A stretch of 64,000 nucleotides of DNA from Methanobacteriota archaeon (lineage in GTDB: Archaea; Thermoplasmatota; E2; DHVEG-1): positions 672,001-736,000 of the forward strand of contig CAVYNH010000006.1 in NCBI GenBank assembly GCA_963769885.1. The letters are read 5' to 3'. The notes under the pieces were generated by a model, which ran no database searches, was not told where the DNA came from, and saw nothing but the letters and a program-made list of their open reading frames with translations. Positions 16,603 through 26,300 of this stretch are shown here, in pieces. Each line of letters begins with the position of its first letter. Position 1 is the first letter of the stretch. Both the position numbers and the translations under genes were made by a program.

Positions 16603-17784
16603 TCACATATTCAATCTGTAAATCCGTTCCCGCTCCTCAAGCTGCTGCTTCAACCGCTTCACCGTGAGATCCGTATACACCCCAAGGGTCTTCTCTGCCA
16701 CGCCATCCCACGTGAAAAGCCCGACTTCCCGCTTCCCGTTCTCCGAAAGCGACTCATGCAACGACTCATAGCGCAGCAAGGAAATGACCTTGTTTGCGAT
16801 CTCATCAGAGTCCCAAAAATCGACCTTCAAGCAGTGATAAAACGTCTCACAGACACCCGCTGTCTTCGACGCGATAGTGGGAGTACCGGCGGAGATCGCC
16901 TCCAAGGCCGTAATACCAAAAGGCTCACTCACCGACGGCATCACGTAGACGCTCGCGACACCAAAGATATACTTCATTTCCTCATCGGTCAAATGACCCG
17001 CGAACATCACCCGATTGGAGATTCCAAGCTCATAAGCCTGGGCGATCAACTCAGGAAGCAGATCACCGCCACCAGCGACCACAAACCGAACATTAGGCTC
17101 AAAGTCAATAATCTTCTTTGCCGCACGGAGGAACACGTTCGCACCCTTCTGGATGGTCAGACGGCCTAAGAACAGGACAATCTTCTGTTTCTCGCCCTCG
17201 ACAATCGGATACACGCCATTATAGATAACATGGATCTTCTCCGGCGGTATACCGTATTTCTCGATCATCGTTCGTTTCGTCCCCTGACTGACTGCGATGA
17301 TGCTGTCGGCGTTCTCCATCCCTTTTTTTTCGAGAGCGATAAACCAGGGATTGGGATAGATCCCCCCGCTCCGATCGTACTCTGTCGAATGAATGGTAAG
17401 AACCAAGGGGAGGTCTCGGCGGTCCTTCAGCGCGATGCTGGCTTGAATCGTCAACCAATCATGGCAATGAATGACGTCATACCTGCCTTTCACCTTCGAA
17501 GCGATTAAAGCATTGTAGCGAGCGACCGCATCGAAAAATTCGCCCTCGATTTCCCGGCTCTCCGGGCGATCATAGGGGAAGACCGAGGTCTCGCCTACCT
17601 CTTTAATCACGAGATTTGGGTTGTCGCTTTTTGCACCGTGTTTGGTGTGAGGCATATAGAAATCTACTTTTACGCCTCGCATGGCGAGGCTGCGGGTCAG
17701 TCCGTAACAGTGGGTCCCTAATCCGCCCACCGTGAATGGCGGGAACTCCCAGCCGATCATTGCTACTTTCATGTCTTTGGTCAA
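16603..17784 (-). CDS. GT4 glycosyltransferase (glycogen-synthase-like)
   Basis: WEFPP..VGGLG, HCHDW, GRLT.QKG, EPFGITALEA. Confidence 0.92.
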   Translation of the reverse strand: MTKDMKVAMIGWEFPPFTVGGLGTHCYGLTRSLAMRGVKVDFYMPHTKHGAKSDNPNLVIKEVGETSVFPYDRPESREIEGEFFDAVARYNALIASKVKGRYDVIHCHDWLTIQASIALKDRRDLPLVLTIHSTEYDRSGGIYPNPWFIALEKKGMENADSIIAVSQGTKRTMIEKYGIPPEKIHVIYNGVYPIVEGEKQKIVLFLGRLTIQKGANVFLRAAKKIIDFEPNVRFVVAGGGDLLPELIAQAYELGISNRVMFAGHLTDEEMKYIFGVASVYVMPSVSEPFGITALEAISAGTPTIASKTAGVCETFYHCLKVDFWDSDEIANKVISLLRYESLHESLSENGKREVGLFTWDGVAEKTLGVYTDLTVKRLKQQLEERERIYRLNM

Positions 17785-17818
17785 TCGCTCGCTTCATTAT
17801 CCCCTCTTTGAGGGTCAT

Positions 17819-17929
17819 CTAATTATCAAATCGTGTTCTGTAATAGTCTGCGTCTGCCGAGAGGAGTCGTTTTCGATATCTCCAGCTCCTCTCGTTTTCG
17901 ATGGTTGAAAATTCCCTTTCCATGTTCAT
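17819..17929 (-). CDS. Possible 36-aa microprotein upstream of the glycosyltransferase
   Basis: GGTGA RBS; MNMEREFSTIENERSWRYRKRLLSADADYYRTRFDN. Confidence 0.35.
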   Translation of the reverse strand: MNMEREFSTIENERSWRYRKRLLSADADYYRTRFDN

Positions 17930-18014
17930 TAATTTTCACCTTTTCTCTACATTGTCGGATTTTTTTTTTGCAGAAGTAGGGGTAAGCGGTGCAGTATATA
18001 TATGGTGGAGTACA

Positions 18015-18055
18015 AAAGCATATAAGTGTGTAGATTTATTACATAGTTGTGTAAA
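18015..18055 (+). promoter_or_regulatory. Duplicated promoter/operator element, copy 2 (promoter of the RHH operon)
   Basis: BRE/TATA AAAGCATATAA then TGTGTA direct repeats 21 bp apart; ATG at 18059. Confidence 0.65.
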
Positions 18056-18058
18056 AGT

Positions 18059-18208
18059 ATGGAAAAAAGAATCCGGATGAACATCTCAGTGACAAAAAAA
18101 GAAAACGCGCTCATAAAAAGACTCGCCCAAGAAGAAAAACAACCCTATAGCCGACAGATCATCTACATGATGGAATTCTACATCAAGAACAACAAATCCC
18201 TCGAATAA
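18059..18208 (+). CDS. Ribbon-helix-helix (Arc/CopG-like) DNA-binding microprotein (49 aa)
   Basis: Not in the ORF track: MEKRIRMNISVTKKENALIKRLAQEEKQPYSRQIIYMMEFYIKNNKSLE. Confidence 0.75.
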   Translation: MEKRIRMNISVTKKENALIKRLAQEEKQPYSRQIIYMMEFYIKNNKSLE

Positions 18209-18222
18209 TAAGGTGACAAACC

Positions 18223-18420
18223 ATGAAATACATGTGTAACCGATGCAGCCGCGTCCTTCAGGCCGATGACATCACCATCCACTACACAACCAACGTCAAT
18301 GGACTAGAAATCATCGCTCTCTGCCCCACATGCCTAGAGGCGTACCTGACAAAAACAAAAACAGACACGGACAAAAAAGAAGATGACGTCCAACGAGGAA
18401 AAATAGCAAGAAAATGGTAA
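18223..18420 (+). CDS. Zn-ribbon microprotein
   Basis: CNRC...CPTC; AGGTGA RBS. Confidence 0.7.
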   Translation: MKYMCNRCSRVLQADDITIHYTTNVNGLEIIALCPTCLEAYLTKTKTDTDKKEDDVQRGKIARKW

Positions 18421-18593
18421 GGCACCAAAGAGACCCTGCCGAGGACCCGCCGTCACCATTTCCCGGGCAGAACAACGAAAAACGAGTCATAAAACTCCGT
18501 AACTTGCAAAATAAGAAAGAACAAGAATTACGCAGATGCCCGTTTTCAATCATGAGAAGCGGACCTCACGGGATGATTATTTTTCATCCTTGA
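18414..18593 (+). CDS. Hypothetical microprotein (59 aa)
   Basis: ATG overlaps the previous stop; MVRHQRDPAEDPP...IIFHP. Confidence 0.4.
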   Translation: MVRHQRDPAEDPPSPFPGQNNEKRVIKLRNLQNKKEQELRRCPFSIMRSGPHGMIIFHP

Positions 18594-18621
18594 GAATTGA
18601 AACCCCACCTTTTTCCTTTTT

Positions 18622-18951
18622 TCATCGGGACTCCCAGAACAAGAGATGAAACCCGCCGCTCCTCTTCTGCATCTGCCGAAGATCCTGAAGTCGCACTTTC
18701 ACCCAGAGATTCACAAACCACTGCTGCAGCAGCGGCTCACTGGAGATGCTGGTATTCCACGCCTCCTGGATCTCTTTCATGGACGAATCCTTCCGAAACG
18801 ACGTCGAGACACAGAACCGGCTCCCCCGCTCCATATCACCAGCGACCTTATCAAAACACTTCCCGCACACCAGAAACCGTGTCCCCAGCGCCGGATGCCG
18901 ATACCCTTCGAACACGCCTAACTTCTTTTCACATTCCACACAAACAACCAT
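18622..18951 (-). CDS. Small CxxC-CxxC zinc-binding protein, copy 2
   Basis: CVEC...HPALGTRFLVCGKC; paralog of 15980-16285. Confidence 0.75.
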   Translation of the reverse strand: MVVCVECEKKLGVFEGYRHPALGTRFLVCGKCFDKVAGDMERGSRFCVSTSFRKDSSMKEIQEAWNTSISSEPLLQQWFVNLWVKVRLQDLRQMQKRSGGFHLLFWESR

Positions 18952-19452
18952 AACTCGCATCCTCCTCACTAGAGAAATCGATCAGCAAACCTTGCTCTTA
19001 AAAAAACTTCGTTGCTGACTTCTTTTCTCCTCGTCCACCGTTTCACTTAACGATTCAGAAGACCCCCTAAACACTCACGCCTTTATATTGTCGCGTACCT
19101 CCGCTCCGCCTCGCGATCAAACTGAACGAGCGCATTCCCCCCATTCAATCGGAATCCCTTGTAGGCTTTTCTTGATACACCCCAAGCCATAAATCGTATG
19201 CCTCTTCTCAAACACCCTAGATCACATACCGGCCGAATGATTACCCCTCCTATTAAATATCCAAGAGACGTCATTCACATGACCTGATGCCCTCATGGAA
19301 CAAATCGGCCACTCACTCCACCCATAGGAACAGAACACCGGTTCGATTGTTGCGATGTTTTTCGATTGAATTTCTACTCAATCTTCATCAGCGTTTTTGC
19401 TGGTTTTCGGCCAAGAGAATCTCTAATAATCCCCGCAGGCATTCACCACCCC

Positions 19453-19884
19453 GTGGCCACCGACCTCACCGACGAAATCAAGGAACTGCAGAAACGCATC
19501 GACGAGCTCGAAAAACTCCTCGCCAGCCTCGTCAAACCATTGACGACAGTGCGCAAGACCACCGAGAACTACCTCAGGCTCGCCGGGCTGCTCCTCGACC
19601 ACGGCGGCCTCACCCCAGACCTCATCCTCCCCACCGTCAAAGACTCAATCGAAAAAGACATCGTCAGAGTCCTCCTCGACCGCCAGGACCAGAACGTCAG
19701 CCAGATCACCGAGCTCGTCAAGACCCGCCGCGGCACCGCCTCACGGCGCATCATCCGCCAGCACCTTAAAAGCCTCGAACAAAAAAACATCATCCAAGGC
19801 CAGCAGCGCGGCTCCCGCACCGTCTACCGCCTCACCCCCGACGTGATCAACAAGTGGTCACAACTGCTCGGTTTCCCTAAATAA
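19453..19884 (+). CDS. Coiled-coil plus winged-HTH transcriptional regulator
   Basis: Probable GTG start 19453; NVSQITELVKTRRGTASRRIIRQHLKSLEQKNII...VYRL. Confidence 0.75.
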   Translation: MATDLTDEIKELQKRIDELEKLLASLVKPLTTVRKTTENYLRLAGLLLDHGGLTPDLILPTVKDSIEKDIVRVLLDRQDQNVSQITELVKTRRGTASRRIIRQHLKSLEQKNIIQGQQRGSRTVYRLTPDVINKWSQLLGFPK

Positions 19885-19932
19885 CAGGACCACCCTCACA
19901 CCACCATAAGAAAAAAAATGGAGGCACCAAGA

Positions 19933-20206
19933 ATGTCAAACCACGAAGGAATGCCAGACCCAGAGAAAATCAAGGAAATCCTCGACGTCGTCGCCGAAAA
20001 AATCCCGGGGCTGCTCCGGCAGCTAAGCGACCTGCTCTACGGCCCCACCAGCGCCAAGCAGTACGCCGCGGCCGCCGCGATCTTCTACAAAGAGGCTCAA
20101 ATCCGCTGGCATGACCGACCAGGAGGCCTTCGAGCTGACCAGGCAGTACATGTCGACGCTGAACCTCGGCAACCTCATCCGCCGCATGCCCCACGACCAC
20201 GACTAA
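19933..20206 (+). CDS. Small helical protein (one extra base at ~20095, probable sequencing error)
   Basis: Removing one G gives ...IFYKELKSAGMTDQEAFELTRQYMSTLNLG..., homologous to the next ORF. Confidence 0.7.
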
Positions 20207-20218
20207 AAGCAACGAGCC

Positions 20219-20467
20219 ATGACCGAAGAGACACAGACCACGTGGAACCCCATGAAGCTCCTCGGGGTCATCATTCCCAAAATCCCCGGGCTGCTCCTAC
20301 GGTCCGGCGGGGAGCTCATCCGGTTCCGGTCCAAAGCGCGCAAGGCATCGCGGATTTTCCACGACGAGCTGCTCCAGCAGGGCCTCGACCCGGTCGCGGC
20401 GGAGGGGCTCACCAAGGACTACCTTGACGGCAGCAGCCCGCTCCTGCTGCTCCGACGCCGACGATAA
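20219..20467 (+). CDS. Small helical protein, paralog of 19933-20206
   Basis: Shared KIPGLL...IF..EL...G.....A..LT..Y pattern. Confidence 0.7.
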   Translation: MTEETQTTWNPMKLLGVIIPKIPGLLLRSGGELIRFRSKARKASRIFHDELLQQGLDPVAAEGLTKDYLDGSSPLLLLRRRR

Positions 20468-20600
20468 CGCCCCTCATCCTTTTTTTAACGTATTTTTTTC
20501 ATCCGGGCAGCGTATTCACTCTTCACTCCATGCAGGCCTACGGAAACAGCGGTCACCGCTGAGGGTGATGAAATCGGCGCCGAACCCATTTCTGTCAGGT

Positions 20601-21659
20601 CTAGATGATGTAGGGCTCTTGGGCGGGGTGCCAGTCGATCCGCAGCCTGATCTTGGCGAGCAGCGGCACCCAGGAAATGACGGTGTTGAATCCGATGATG
20701 GGGCAGAAGGAGACCGGCGCGCCCCAGTAGTTCGCGTCCCATCTGGTGATGCTGAAAATCTGGTAGTTATCCAGGAAAAAGAAGTCGTGGGTCTCCTCCG
20801 CCGTCTGCAATGCATTGATTTCGTCGATGGTCCGGGTGAACCGGGCCGATACCACGTTGTTGAAGATGTTGTTGGCGTTGATGGAGTTACCCGTGGCGCA
20901 GAATTCCTCGATGCCATGGTCTGAGTCGGTGACGGCGTTGTGATAGAAGGCGGTCTTGCTGCAGTACCACAGCTCGACGCCGCCCGTGTTGCCTTGGATG
21001 CAGTTGAAAGAGATGTTGCTGTTGAAGCTACGCTCGAGCTTGATACCTAGGGTGTTCCCCGTGATTAGGCTGTGGGTCACGACAGTGTGGTTGCAGATCT
21101 TGATGTGGATGCCGTCACCGTTGTTGGCGACGGTCGCGGCCTGGATGGTGTTGGCCTGGTACGGGGTGTAGCCGTCGCGGCAGATATCGATGCCGGTGTT
21201 GTGGCAGTTCTGGACGGTGACGGCGGATAGGAGGGTGTGGCTGGCTTGGATGGCGACGCCGTTGCGGGGGGAGTCGCCGATGGTGAGGTTTTGGATGATG
21301 ACGTCGTCGGCGGTGATGGTGGCGGTGTCGAGGAAGAGGCCGGTGCCGTTGACGAGGGTGGTGGTCTGGTTTTCGCCGATGAGGGTGAGGGTCTTGTTGA
21401 TTTGGAGGTTTTCGTGGTACGGGGCGGCATCGTCATAGATAAAGATAGTGTCGCCAGGGAGGGCGGTGTTGATGGCGGCTTGGATGGTGGTGATGTTGTC
21501 TGGTCCGCTGCCGCCGACGTAGATGATCCCGCCGGTGCGGGACGGCGTGGGGGTCGGGTACTGGGGTATGGCGGATGCTGGGGTGACGAGGGTGAGAAGG
21601 AGAAGGATGGCGACGCCTATGAATTGTTTCAACTTCGATTCCTCCGTGATAATAAACAA
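20601..21659 (-). CDS. Secreted parallel beta-helix (NosD-like) protein
   Basis: Signal peptide; YVGGSGPDN; C-terminal IDWHPAQEPY. Confidence 0.85.
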   Translation of the reverse strand: MFIITEESKLKQFIGVAILLLLTLVTPASAIPQYPTPTPSRTGGIIYVGGSGPDNITTIQAAINTALPGDTIFIYDDAAPYHENLQINKTLTLIGENQTTTLVNGTGLFLDTATITADDVIIQNLTIGDSPRNGVAIQASHTLLSAVTVQNCHNTGIDICRDGYTPYQANTIQAATVANNGDGIHIKICNHTVVTHSLITGNTLGIKLERSFNSNISFNCIQGNTGGVELWYCSKTAFYHNAVTDSDHGIEEFCATGNSINANNIFNNVVSARFTRTIDEINALQTAEETHDFFFLDNYQIFSITRWDANYWGAPVSFCPIIGFNTVISWVPLLAKIRLRIDWHPAQEPYII

Positions 21660-21890
21660 GGGGAAAATATTAAAACGTATCGGTCGGGATTTTTATTCAC
21701 CCCGGGTTGTTTCTTCAGAGGGCGTGACGGGGGGGGCGCGTGTGGTCTGCGGTGTTTTAGCGTGGTCCGTGTGGTTATCTCGCGTTTTGACAGGGGATCA
21801 TGGGTGGTTTGCCGGTCTCGCGGGTGTGACATGTTATTAAAGGTCAACCCGTTACCGCCAGCACTGACTCGGGAAAAGGACGGCATCACC

Positions 21891-23234
21891 ATGACGCAAG
21901 AGAGCGAAAAGCAACTCCTCGAAAAGGCGAACCAGCCCAGCAAAGACGCCCTCAGGCTCCACCCCTTCTACCGCGGCAAGATCGAGGTCACCCCCAAATG
22001 CCGCGTCCAGGACTTCACCGACTTCGCCATCTGGTACACCCCCGGCGTCGCCGCCCCCTGCAGAGATATCCAGGCCCACCCTGAGAGAGTCTGGGACTAC
22101 ACCAACCGCTGGAACACCATCGCCGTCGTCAGCGACGGCACCCGAGTCCTCGGCCTCGGCGACATCGGCCCCGAGGCTGGCCTGCCCGTGATGGAAGGCA
22201 AAGCCCTCTTGTTTAAGTACCTCGGCGGCGTGGACGCCTACCCCCTCTGCCTGGGGACGAAAGACCCCGAGGAGATCATCCAGGCCGTCAAATGGCTCAC
22301 CCCCAGCGTCGGCGGCATCAACCTCGAAGACATCGAGAAGCCCAAATGCTTCTACATCCTCGACCGCCTCCGTAAAGAAATGCCGATCCCCGTCTGGCAC
22401 GACGACCAGCAAGGCACCGCCACCATTGTCGTCGCCGGCGCCATCAACGCCCTCAAACTCGTCAACAAACCGCTCAAGACCGCCAGCATCAGCATGATCG
22501 GCGCGGGCGCCGCCAACATCGCGATCGCGCGCGTCCTCATCGCCGCCGGCGCCAACCCCAAGCACATCATCATGGCCGACAGCAAAGGCATCCTCGGCAA
22601 GGATAGAAAAGACCTGGAAAAAGACAAGAAGAACAACCCGGAGAAATGGAAGATCTGCGTCACCACCAACGCCGAGGGACGCACCGGCACCCAGGCCGAC
22701 GCCCTGCGCGGCGCCGACATCGTCATCGCCGCCAGCAAGCCCGGCCCCGGCACCATCAAAAAAGACTGGATTCAGTCGATGGCTGACGATGCCATCGTCT
22801 TCGCTACCGCCAACCCCGTCCCCGAGATCTGGCCCTGGGAGGCGAAAGAAGCGGGAGCGCGCATTATCGCGACTGGTCGGAGTGATTTCCCCAACCAGAT
22901 CAACAACAGCCTCGGCTTCCCCGGCATCTTCCGCGGCACCCTCGACGTCCAAGCCACGACGATCACGGACGAGATGTGCCTCGCCGCCGCCTACGAGCTC
23001 GCCAGGACCGCCGAGGATGAAGGATTAACAGACACGAACATCGTCCCGACCATGGACAACTGGGAGGTCTTCCCCCGGGAGGCCACCGCGGTCGGCATGA
23101 AGGCCATCGAACAGGGTATCGCCCGCAAGAAGATGACTAAAACAGCGTTGCATGACCAAGCCGCCGCCCTCATCAAGCGCGCCCGGGACGAAACCCAGGC
23201 GCTGATGCGCGATGGCTTTATAAAGCACGCATAA
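21891..23234 (+). CDS. mae: NAD(P)-dependent malic enzyme
   Basis: [39 protein letters not shown]; true start ATG 21891. Confidence 0.95.
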   Translation: MTQESEKQLLEKANQPSKDALRLHPFYRGKIEVTPKCRVQDFTDFAIWYTPGVAAPCRDIQAHPERVWDYTNRWNTIAVVSDGTRVLGLGDIGPEAGLPVMEGKALLFKYLGGVDAYPLCLGTKDPEEIIQAVKWLTPSVGGINLEDIEKPKCFYILDRLRKEMPIPVWHDDQQGTATIVVAGAINALKLVNKPLKTASISMIGAGAANIAIARVLIAAGANPKHIIMADSKGILGKDRKDLEKDKKNNPEKWKICVTTNAEGRTGTQADALRGADIVIAASKPGPGTIKKDWIQSMADDAIVFATANPVPEIWPWEAKEAGARIIATGRSDFPNQINNSLGFPGIFRGTLDVQATTITDEMCLAAAYELARTAEDEGLTDTNIVPTMDNWEVFPREATAVGMKAIEQGIARKKMTKTALHDQAAALIKRARDETQALMRDGFIKHA

Positions 23235-23334
23235 CCAAGGCCGTCCGCGTATTTTTCTAATTCAGGAGAAAGACCGCGCGTGAGTTACCAGACATTGGGA
23301 TAGGTATCTTTCCCGCTGATAGCCATTCACGGTT

Positions 23335-26300
23335 TTAATATTGCTGTGATACCTGCCCAGTGTTGTTTTTGGTCGGCATTTCTTTATGTTCAGTTGGTGG
23401 AGGCTGAATTGTAAGGTGACTCTTGGGAATCTCAGAGACAATCACCGACTTGAACAATCCAAAAATTAAGAAGTTTGTTTTAAGGTCGACGATTAAACCT
23501 GGTCTTTTCCCATGTCGGACGAGAAGCTCTTCAGGATAGGAAGATGAATTAAAACTGATGAGCTGCCCAGGGCCTCCTCCTGAAAATCGAACGTAGACTA
23601 TCTTCAAAATTCTGTAATAATCCCAATCCCCGACTGATCGTTCGTCGGTAAGAGCACCAACGATAAACATACGGTAATAGGTATCGACATGCTTAACGTT
23701 GACTTGGATGATTTCTGAAAAATTGCTCTCCGCGCCTTTTGAGTCCCGCGATTTCACAGAAACTGAATAGATCTGCTCGCCATTCCAGCTATGGGTAAGG
23801 ATTTTATCGTCTCCTGAATGGCACCATTCGGTCCAGTCAGTTGTAGTGCCATCACCCCAGTCGACGAGATAGGAGATATTGTCGCTTTCTGGATCTGTCG
23901 CTTGAATCAGGCATGAGTAGGTTTCATTCGGTAACCACCATGACGGATTTTGATACAGAATATCTCCGACAATCGGCGCCTTATTGATTGTGAAGCTCCA
24001 GTTCAAGCTGCTGGCTTTTTTGTGATAGAAATCCCATGCAACGATTCGCCAATTGTAGAGTACGCCTGTATTAAGGTTAATGGCGGCAAATGACGTATTT
24101 GTTATGTTATGCGCAATGAGCGGCGGTGGACTCGTGACTCCCAAGTATACGTCATACGTGACAGCATCTCCTGGGTCCGGGTCGCCTCCCTCCCAAGAGA
24201 GGGTGATGTTTGGTAGAACCCCAGTTGCTCCATCCGGTGGGAATGGATTGGATGGTGGATATGGGGCATGGTCCGGTGGTGAGGTCGTAAATGACCATAC
24301 AACGCTCACGTTACTGACTCCATGGTTATCCCATGGCACTATCTTCCAGTAATAGGTCGTAAGGTTCAAGAGGATTCCTGGGTCATAGGATGTCCCCGTT
24401 TGGTTAGATACGACATGAGGTGGAGGATTGCTAGTTCCGAAGCATACATCATAGGTCACGATATCACTAGAATCAGGATCACCACCTATCCAACTCAGCG
24501 TGACCTCATTGCTGACATTAACAGACTCGTCTGGTGGAAATGGATTATGTGGTTGATAAGGTCGGTAGTTGGTAGTAAAATGCCAGATGGGTATTGTCTG
24601 GGCTGGTTCGTGGTAGTTGTCCCAAGGTATTATCTTCCAATAGTAGATGATTCCGTAGTTCATTGTTCCTGGGGTATATGTAGTGGTTGATTGGTTTGAG
24701 ATTACTTTTGGTGGTGGATTGGTAACACCGAAATACACGTCATAGGTCACCGTGTCCCCTGGGTCAGGATCTCCACCCTGCCAGTTAATTGTGGTGTTTG
24801 GGTTTACGCCAGTGGTTCCATTGGTTGGATTTGGAGTGTGTGGGTTATATGGTGGAGCATTTACAAGAGTAATATTTTTCGTAATATCATCAAATGATCC
24901 GTCATCATCCCAAACAATTAAAGTGACATTGTATCTTCCAAAATTGCTATATAAATGGGTTGGATTTCGTATTGTACTATGGTTTCCATCACCGAACAAC
25001 CAGTACCAGCTGATTATTGTGCCATCCGGATCGGTCGAATTGTCATGGAAACTCACGTTAAGGGAACCTCGGAATGATGCGTTATAACGATAATTCGCAG
25101 TAGGGGCTACATTGAGGACTTCAATAAATTTTGTTATATTATCGGATTGTCCTCGGTTATCATATACTGTGAGTTCAACTTTATATAATCCATCGTCAGC
25201 ATATCGATGTGTTGAGTTTTGATTTGTCGAATTCGATCCATCTCCGAAGTCCCATCGCCAGCTGACGATGACACCGTCATCATCAGTTGCGGTACTATTA
25301 AAATGAATAGTGATCAAATCAGTAGGGAATTCTGGGGTAGTGATGAAATCCGCATTAGGCGGTGAGTTGATATGAACTGACCAAGAAGCAGACCAATTAC
25401 TTTTCACAGAATATTTATCTGCGGCTTTTACACTTATATTGTATGTTCCGGGTGAATGCCAGGTGTAATTAAAAGTTATGAGATTCCCTGATGGATAAAA
25501 CATGGTCCAATCGTCTATAATGTGATCACCGTTCATATCCCATCCATATTGGATGGTATCGTTATCGGGATCAATTGCCGAGGTTGTAAAAGAATATATC
25601 GTATGAAGAAATCCTTGTGATGGACCGGAGGGCATACTGGGGGTGGTTGGAGCGTTGGTCGGTGGAATATCGAAAGCGTGATAATCATAGAACGCTGTGG
25701 TATAACAGTTATTGAGACTATCGATGATGTCTCCGTTGCTGTCTAAAAAGATAATGCTCTGAAGGGTATATGGACCGTTGATAGCGTTTTCATAGATGTG
25801 GCTGCCATTGAATCGTAAGGTGATGTTGTTTGACGTTGTGCTTAGATTCGTGACTGTTAGTGTGGACGTGATTTCCTTTTGAGTGGTATCGTAGAGTGTT
25901 CCGATTAATTGGTATGTCCCAGTAGTATTTACATGGACGTCTGCTTTGATTGACAGATAATCATATTTGGTATCATTGTCGCCATCTACGCCATAGTCTG
26001 AGAAGGTTTCATTGAGGTAGGATTTTGGTCGTTGAAAATCAGAATAATTATATTGACTGGTGACATAGTTAATATTTTCCTCATATTTGTGATCTGAAAG
26101 TGATAATGACAGGTTATATGGTCCGTTTATTCTTTGTTGATATATTTTAGGTCCATCAATATTGAAGTATATTGTATTATTTCCTTGTGAAAGGTTGAAG
26201 GCTTCTACTTTTGTGTCAATTAATTTTCCTGATGAGTTATATAAGGTTCCTCCGATGGTATATGTTCCTGCAATTACTGTGTTTGTATTGAGTTCTATGG

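Noticed and set aside
20558-20585. Box C/D sRNA suggested by CTGA-GGG-TGATGA
   Set aside because: No convincing terminal C and D boxes at the expected spacing.
9086-21659. Diversity-generating retroelement acting on the beta-helix genes
   Set aside because: No reverse transcriptase and no near-identical TR/VR pair differing at adenines were seen.
21237-21890. 218-aa N-terminal extension of malic enzyme in the ORF track (likewise long extensions at 33562, 34209, 44701, 62284 and 10138)
   Set aside because: The extensions overlap neighbouring genes or promoters; family homology begins at downstream ATGs.
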